This document shows positions 57,898 to 64,000 of a stretch of DNA of 64,000 nt, one piece after another. Origin of the DNA: an uncultured delta proteobacterium (GTDB taxonomy: Bacteria; Myxococcota; Myxococcia; Myxococcales; Myxococcaceae). Made by a program: the position numbers and the translations under genes. A model generated the notes under the pieces. The model saw only the letters and a program-made list of their open reading frames with translations, did no database searches and was not told the origin of the DNA. Location of the stretch: contig CAVQKE010000004.1 of the NCBI GenBank assembly GCA_963713045.1, forward strand, positions 1,120,001-1,184,000, in the 5' to 3' direction. Each line of letters starts with the position of its first letter. Positions within the stretch are counted from its first letter, which is position 1.

Positions 57898-58153
57898 GCA
57901 AACAATCTATCCAAGCGCAAGCCTACAGTCTTGAACCTGGTGCCCCCGAGAATCTCCCGCTCTCATGCTGGCACGGCGCGATCGTTCAGCGACCGCCAGA
58001 CGTAACGATCCCGGACATTGACTCGGCGATCGCGGTTCTGACCGCAAATGAGGCAAGAAATAACCAAGTAAGCCGCTAGCAACAACCAGCAGAGAATGGC
58101 GACCACGGATCGGTCGCCTTTTTGTTTTCGGGCATCGCGCCGATTATTCCTAG

Positions 58154-58912
58154 CTAAGTTTCGGTCTGAAGGGCTTGCTGACGAACAGCGTCGATGATTT
58201 GCCCGTTTTCCAGCGCCAGCGCCTCGAGCTTCTCGTCGCCTGCGTCCCCTCGGATCTGCTTTACAATCTTCAGTGTTTCCAACTCGGTTGCGCCTGCCAA
58301 TGCCATTACAAGCTCAGGACTGAACAAGCTTCTGCTGGAATTAGTCCGATAACTTCCAGGCGCGTCACCTTCTTCGAGATAGTGGCGTAAACCAACAGGC
58401 GAGACATGCGCGGCGTCCGAAAGCGCAGAGTAAAAAATGCGGTATTCGTTCTCAAGATTAGCCGCCTTAGCTAAAAATATCTTTTGTAGTTCTTTGGCGG
58501 TTTCCTTCGCTTGTTCCCATTGCCGATTGATCTCTTCCTCCGTCAATCCTTCCGGCAGAGGTCGCCCAGAGTCGAGGAACCTCTTTAAGCGCTTCAGGCG
58601 GCCCGCTTCCGATGCTTGAATCAAACGGACCGCTATCTCTCGGTCGCTTTTGATTGCGCCTAGCTGAAATTCTATCTCGAATATCGTCCGTAAGATGATT
58701 GCAGCGTCATCGACTGCATCGTGGTGAATCAATATGAGGATGCTTTTCATGGCGACAACAGACCTGATAAAAAGCACATTACACCAAATCCTATCTACCG
58801 GTATTGCCTGCGGACCCCACGAAGCAATGTAGTCGCTGCAATAACGCTGCACGTCAGACAAGTGCTTGAATACCTTCTTCCAATCTGAACTTCGTTTTCG
58901 TATCTCGCTCAT
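58154..58912 (-). CDS. DUF5677-like (HEPN-related) protein
   Basis: All-helical. AAIILRTIFE and FYSALSDAAH motifs. Confidence 0.6.
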   Translation of the reverse strand: MSEIRKRSSDWKKVFKHLSDVQRYCSDYIASWGPQAIPVDRIWCNVLFIRSVVAMKSILILIHHDAVDDAAIILRTIFEIEFQLGAIKSDREIAVRLIQASEAGRLKRLKRFLDSGRPLPEGLTEEEINRQWEQAKETAKELQKIFLAKAANLENEYRIFYSALSDAAHVSPVGLRHYLEEGDAPGSYRTNSSRSLFSPELVMALAGATELETLKIVKQIRGDAGDEKLEALALENGQIIDAVRQQALQTET

Positions 58913-58947
58913 GCCTAGCGCTTCGGATTGGGTCGCTGTCACAGAGG

Positions 58948-60005
58948 TTAGTCGACAGATCCGCCAGCGGAAGGTTCTATCCTGATCACTGTGGCACCAA
59001 ACGAATCAGGAAGCTCTGAAGGCTGCTGTTCGTAGAAGTGTTTGACCGGATCTGAAATTACTTGCGTGGTGGTCGGAGCTCCTGAAGGAGAGTACGGTAT
59101 TTTGGGGTCGAAATAAGGCTTTTCCTTAGTTAAATCCACCTCTATCTCTTTCGTAACCTTCGGGAACCCGCTGGCGAAGATTTCGTATGTTAGAAGATGT
59201 TTTTCGCGTGTGGAAAGAATTGGGCACCGTGGAACGTCAGATTCGCTTAGAAGATAAGTGTTCGGATAGTCATCTACATCAATTCCATATAGATCGAATG
59301 TACCGTAGGAATTCGGCCAAATGGACTGCTGGTACGCGCCCGACCGCATTGTAACTTTTAATCGCTCTCTGTCGGGGCCCAATCTTTCACCTTGGCTCTC
59401 GCTGAATATTTTTAATAGACGAATTGCGCAATCAGAAGCGGGTACGTCGGGCCGTGAATTGTGTACGTCAATGTGTGCGATTAACAGGGGACGTTTCTCT
59501 TGGTCATAGTAGTCAGCCGGTCTAGATTCTCTTCGCTCATTCTTGACGCTCAGATTACGAGAGAATGACGTGTCCCAGCCAGCCGATGATACGGTTTCTT
59601 TAATGATGGGAACAATCCTATCGAAAGAATCGAATTCTTCCGTATTGGACACCATGAATCCGAAAATTCCTTCCCTCATCGTGTCGCGCTCGTTGAGCAG
59701 AATCATCATTTTGTCCGTGAAATCTAACGCTATCGCTACGGCTAGTTCTTGATTGGTGTAAAGAGATCCGCGTTTAAACGGATCCGTGACTGACGAAATC
59801 TCTTCCCGAGCAAAATTGATAAAGACAAAGTAATCCGAAGATTTTAGCTCCGAGATAACACGAGCGTTTAGGGCTGACATAGTACTTACTTGGATCGCCA
59901 AAAACGGCTCAAAGCCTTCGGACTTGAACCAAGCCTCTACGTTTCTTGCTACCTTCCTCTCTTCGTCACTTTTTTGTCCGCAACTGATGAAACTTTCGCA
60001 GGCAT
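58948..60005 (-). CDS. Protein with N-terminal TIR/DUF4062-like domain; frameshifted near 59990
   Basis: Adding one T to a T-run gives MPAKVFISCGQKSDEE in frame with ORF 58948-59901. Downstream SSDYFVFI and SLYTNQELAVA. Confidence 0.6.
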
Positions 60006-60495
60006 GGGACGATGAAAGTGTTCAGGCATACCACTGGTCAAGCTGGAAAGTCTTGCTTTGGGTCGAAGAGCATTCGCTTGATTCATCTTCTGGTTGCGTC
60101 CAAAGGGCATCAAACCAAAATAGGATTGGCCATATGAGCGACCGACTTGCACCTTTCTCAACCGAGGAACTTGCCGGACTCCTCTTCACCCCTCGACATT
60201 GCCGCAACCGTAGAGCCGCTCGTGCCGGAAGCGGAAACGATTCGACGGGAATTGATCGACGAACTGAAGACACGCGGGGAAACCGGCTCAACCTCGAGGT
60301 CCGAAGGCGGAACCACGGCGCGTGACAGTCAGCCAAAACTGTCATTACCCCGGTTTGCAGAACCTCTTTCCAGCCGGAACCGGTAAATAGAACACTGTGT
60401 CGGATCGCTCATCCGGACATGCTACTACATTTGCCCCCGGAAGTTTACGCTCTCTGCATATCCTTCGGCGGGACGGATTTGTAAGCGGACGCAAA

Positions 60496-63237
60496 CTACC
60501 GAAAAATGTCCGTCAGCTTGAAATCCGTCCAGAAGCTGCTGCCGAGATTTTTGAGCGTGCCGCCAATCTCGGCGGAAAAGTCTTTTACAAATTTTGCCGC
60601 CTCCAGCAGACCCTTTGAGGAGACTGAATACCAGGCACGGTCTGGCGTTCCAGAAGCCACGCCCGCGGTCAACTCTTTCAGCCGATCAGCGACCATCTTC
60701 TTAAACTGCTGCTTCTCTTCCGGCGGACCGCTGATGATTTCGGCAATCTGCTTTTGAAGGGTTTCGAGCAATTCCTTCCGCTCACCAGGCGGCTGACTAT
60801 TAATGATGCTGGCGCATTCCTTCATGACCGCCGCCACCGGCCCGTGGAACGTCCCACCGCTGATATTCTGTTGGATGTGATCACGCATAATAGTGCTTTG
60901 ATCGTAGATAATCGTTTTAACCCCGCCAAGCCGTTCCTCTTGCTTCGCCCGCTTCGCCCGGTCTTCCGGGCTTTCTACGCCGTTAAGCAACTCAGCGATA
61001 TCCACCTCCGTTCGCTTTCCTTCCAGGGTCACGCGTGTTGTCCGCACACCTTCTCGCTCGTCCTTAATGAGATCATCGAATGAAACGGTAACTTCCGGAT
61101 GTCCTTTCACCGCCACCAACTCCTGTGGATTTAAACCTTTGATCTGTCCGTGAATCACGGCGAAATGGTCCCGCACCACCGTCAGCAAACCGCGTCGCGC
61201 GTCGGCATACCGTCCGCGCACCCATACGATAACCTGGTTCTTGTCGTAATCGGCGCGGATGACCGCCTCCGCTCCCTCGTGAACCAACACTACTCCGCTG
61301 CGCCATCGGTCACGGTTTCGGCTCTTGGGATGGGTACGGGTGGTAAAGCGCGGGAGTACTCCGTGCGGCAGTACCGCATATTGGTATAGAAACACTAGGC
61401 ATTCCGCCGAATTCCAATCGTCAAGCGCAGGTGTCTTGTCCGGCAGAAGCTCCGGAACGAGTTCCGTCTCCGATTCCCCTTCCAATGGGAAACAAAGCTC
61501 GAACTTCCGCATCAACTCCACCAAAAACCGATGCCGCTTCTCCGGCCAGCGGTCGGCAGGCAGGATGCGCGTCAGCTCGCACCAGGCGAGTTGACCGTGA
61601 CGCTTCTCCCGGAGCTGGTCGTCGTTTAGGACGCGATAAATTCCGCCCGTCACCCACTCGGGATTGAGCACCGCTAGTTCCCGCAGCTGCCGATCAGGAA
61701 AACTTACCACCGTGCCGAGATCAGATAACCTGCGCAACAGAATCTCAGAATCCTTTCCCGCGACTTTGAGTTCCTGACAAAGGTTTTCGTAGCTTTCGTC
61801 CGAAAGATAGTTCTCTCCGCGCTCCTTCATTGCGCCCAGGCGCTGCTTTACCGCCCACCATTCCGCGGGGAAAAGTTCCTTCGTCGCGAGCATCTTGGCG
61901 GCTTCATGTTCGATCGCCCCGCGCAACAGCCCGATGCTGTCACCATCGCCGCAGTCCGTGCGGAAGAAATGATCACGTGCGACATCGTATTTCGTCGCCA
62001 GATACTCGCGATCGGTATCGAAGGCGTGCCGCCTTTGCGCATTCAGCACTACGAGCACCGGCGATTGCCCGCCGAAGGCACGGGTGAGCTTCAGCCAATA
62101 CTCCGCGTCCTGCTTTGCCCTACCGTGTCGCCCGTCCACCACCACAAGGTATAGGCTGCGGTGGGTGAGGAAAAACTGATGTGTCCCGTGCATGATCTCT
62201 TGTCCACCGAAATCCCAAACCAGAGCGGTAGCCTCGCCATCTGGCAGCATCAGCGACCAGCGGGTGATCGCAATTCCTTCGGTTTTTCTCTTGCCCTCGA
62301 CGAACTTCCCGCCTTTGAGAACTTCTATAAGGGAGGTCTTCCCTACTTCGCCGCGCCCGACAAGGATCACCTTCAATTCGCGCAGCAGCTGCCCCGTACG
62401 CTCGCCTTCCCGCTCCGGCGAATGGATACGGAAGTAGTAGTCGAGGATGGAGGCGGGATCGGCGGGCTTCTTCTGTGTTTGCCATACCTCGATGGCGGTG
62501 TGACCAAGCACTTCCAGCGGGAGACCGAGCGCCGGGTTTTCATGGAGGAAAAGGTGCGTGAGCGTACGTAACCCGCGGATTCCAACTGGCAGGCTCTTGA
62601 GGTGATTTTCGGAAAGGTCCAGCGATTGCAGGTTAGTCAGCTTTCCGAGCGAATCCGGCAGGCTCGTGAGCTGATTGTGGGAAAGGTCCAGCGCCTTCAG
62701 TCTGCTAAGCCAGCCGAAACAGTCCGGCAGGCTCGTGAGCTGATTATCGGAAAGGTACAGCGCCTTCAGGTCGTAAAGCCTTCCGAGCCAGTCCGGCAGG
62801 CTTGTGAGCTTATTGTGCGAAACATACAGCGCCTTCAGGTTGCCGAGCCGGTCCGGCAGGCTCGTGAGCTGATTATTGGAAAGGTCCAACTCTTCCAGGC
62901 TCGTGACGTTGCCGATTGACTTCGTCAGGCGTGTGAGCCGATTGCCGGAAAGGTATAGCGCCTTCAGATTGGTAAGCTTGCCGAGCCAGTCCGGCAGGCT
63001 CGTGAGCTGATTATCGGAAAGGTTCAGCTCTTCCAGGCTAATGACGTTACCGAATGACTCCGCCGCGCTTGTCAGCCGATTGCCGGAAAGGTCCAGCGTC
63101 AGCTCGCCGATCGACTCCGGCAGGCTTGTTAATCCCAATTTAGATAAATCCAAAAACCTCGTGTGATGGCGAGACGTCGTTTGAAAACGCGCTTCGGCAG
63201 TGGTGCCGGGGGATTCTGGTTTTCGCTTCAATGTCAT
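60496..63237 (-). CDS. Roco protein: LRR - Roc GTPase - COR - C-terminal helical domain
   Basis: About 9 LxxLxLxxNxLxxLP repeats. P-loop GRGEVGKTS, WDFGGQEIMHGTHQFFLT, and COR motifs LNPEWVTGGIY and LMRKFELCF. Confidence 0.92.
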   Translation of the reverse strand: MTLKRKPESPGTTAEARFQTTSRHHTRFLDLSKLGLTSLPESIGELTLDLSGNRLTSAAESFGNVISLEELNLSDNQLTSLPDWLGKLTNLKALYLSGNRLTRLTKSIGNVTSLEELDLSNNQLTSLPDRLGNLKALYVSHNKLTSLPDWLGRLYDLKALYLSDNQLTSLPDCFGWLSRLKALDLSHNQLTSLPDSLGKLTNLQSLDLSENHLKSLPVGIRGLRTLTHLFLHENPALGLPLEVLGHTAIEVWQTQKKPADPASILDYYFRIHSPEREGERTGQLLRELKVILVGRGEVGKTSLIEVLKGGKFVEGKRKTEGIAITRWSLMLPDGEATALVWDFGGQEIMHGTHQFFLTHRSLYLVVVDGRHGRAKQDAEYWLKLTRAFGGQSPVLVVLNAQRRHAFDTDREYLATKYDVARDHFFRTDCGDGDSIGLLRGAIEHEAAKMLATKELFPAEWWAVKQRLGAMKERGENYLSDESYENLCQELKVAGKDSEILLRRLSDLGTVVSFPDRQLRELAVLNPEWVTGGIYRVLNDDQLREKRHGQLAWCELTRILPADRWPEKRHRFLVELMRKFELCFPLEGESETELVPELLPDKTPALDDWNSAECLVFLYQYAVLPHGVLPRFTTRTHPKSRNRDRWRSGVVLVHEGAEAVIRADYDKNQVIVWVRGRYADARRGLLTVVRDHFAVIHGQIKGLNPQELVAVKGHPEVTVSFDDLIKDEREGVRTTRVTLEGKRTEVDIAELLNGVESPEDRAKRAKQEERLGGVKTIIYDQSTIMRDHIQQNISGGTFHGPVAAVMKECASIINSQPPGERKELLETLQKQIAEIISGPPEEKQQFKKMVADRLKELTAGVASGTPDRAWYSVSSKGLLEAAKFVKDFSAEIGGTLKNLGSSFWTDFKLTDIFR

Positions 63238-63282
63238 GCCGCGTTTCTCCGGCTAAATTGTGTAGCTGGGAAGCGTCGACGG

Positions 63283-63440
63283 GCAAGTGGAATCGGTGGG
63301 CGTCGTCCCAAACTCAGACCGGTTCAACAGGATGAGATAGTTTCGATGGTATCAAATGGGATGAAAACTGCCGCTGACGCCGCGAGGCTTTTCAACGTCC
63401 ATCCGGCAACGGTGTCGCGGATATTGGCTAGGGCTGGCGC
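63283..63440 (+). pseudogene. Serine resolvase/invertase C-terminal HTH remnant
   Basis: GGRRPKL...TAADAARLFNVHPATVSRIL with no catalytic domain upstream. Confidence 0.7.
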
Positions 63441-64000
63441 CGGGATGATCATGGAGGCGTGGAAGTGCAATCACTGGATTTTTCCGCCTATCGCCTTGTC
63501 TTGCGGAGTCGCGGTTTACATTGCGGTTTTTGTGGTACCGAGGTTAACACCATCAACGCTAGCGAAGCTTCCTCTCACGCCTCGATCCTGGATCAAGGCA
63601 TCCGTGAAACAGATCGCAACTTCCTGAACGAACTCGCTCGAGAGAACAATCAGGATGATCACGGTGATGGTAAGCCCCTCCCGGCTCCCGATCGGAATAC
63701 GGTCAAAGCTTGGGCAATTGCCGAGAGCCTCAAAACAGTCCCGAGGGCTGACTCGGTTGAAGATACGGGATACGAAAGGCATAAGGCAAAGGTTGTCCAC
63801 GGCGAGATCCCAAGCTCAAGCGTCAGACCAAAGTTAGCCCGCAAGTCGTTAGCCGGCGGCGAATATTTTAGACGGATCCGGAGACGCGAGGTGTCAATCC
63901 AGCAAAGCGACAAATCAGAAGCGAAGCAGCAACAAAAAGAAGCCCGCATGCGATCGGAACGAAAGGACGCACACCGGCCCCTCATTGGAGGTGACACTTC

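Larger units (their letters stand above)
56343..57964 (-). mobile_element. ISKra4-family-like remnant(s) bounded by GAGAGC terminal inverted repeats
   Basis: GAGAGCAGGAGATTC at 56343 versus the reverse complement GAGAGCGGGAGATTC ending at 57964. Contains a transposase C-terminal fragment and a pRiA4b ORF3 fragment. Confidence 0.6.

Noticed and set aside
63450..64000. ORFs at the right edge
   Set aside because: No recognisable motifs and no consistent frame, so left uncalled.

Overview
The window reads as three unrelated segments joined together. Both junctions (about 43200 and about 54885) cut genes and change base composition; GC levels are judged by eye. Segment 1 (1-~43200, very GC-rich, myxobacterium-like gene content) starts with an aminotransferase / flippase-like / inositol monophosphatase / MMPL operon. 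It then carries a compact type IV secretion-like operon with VirB2-, B3-, B4-, B5-, B6-, B8- and B9-like genes. The last gene of that operon is a Hanks-type Ser/Thr kinase fused through one transmembrane helix and a Pro-rich linker to a VirB10/TrbI-like domain. No relaxase, coupling protein or VirB11 is visible. A tandem ribbon-helix-helix regulator with an apparent operator lies upstream, and a lipoprotein / beta-barrel / lytic transglycosylase module lies downstream. This kinase-fused T4SS-like apparatus is the best candidate for an undescribed system. The rest of segment 1 holds lipoproteins, panE, an ECF sigma cluster, an APC permease, an integrase remnant and a truncated YbhG/YbhF-like ABC system. 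Segment 2 (~43200-~54885, roughly balanced GC) has housekeeping genes, an ArsR regulator that shares an 18-bp promoter/operator sequence with a distant gene, a possibly permuted DHH protein, and a 23-bp tandem array with 69-bp higher-order structure. Segment 3 (~54885-64000) has an MFS transporter, ISKra4-like remnants around a GNAT gene, and a putative defence cluster (LRR-Roc-COR, TIR-like, DUF5677/HEPN-like). At least six genes carry single-base indels that are probably sequencing errors. All family assignments come from motif recognition, not database searches.
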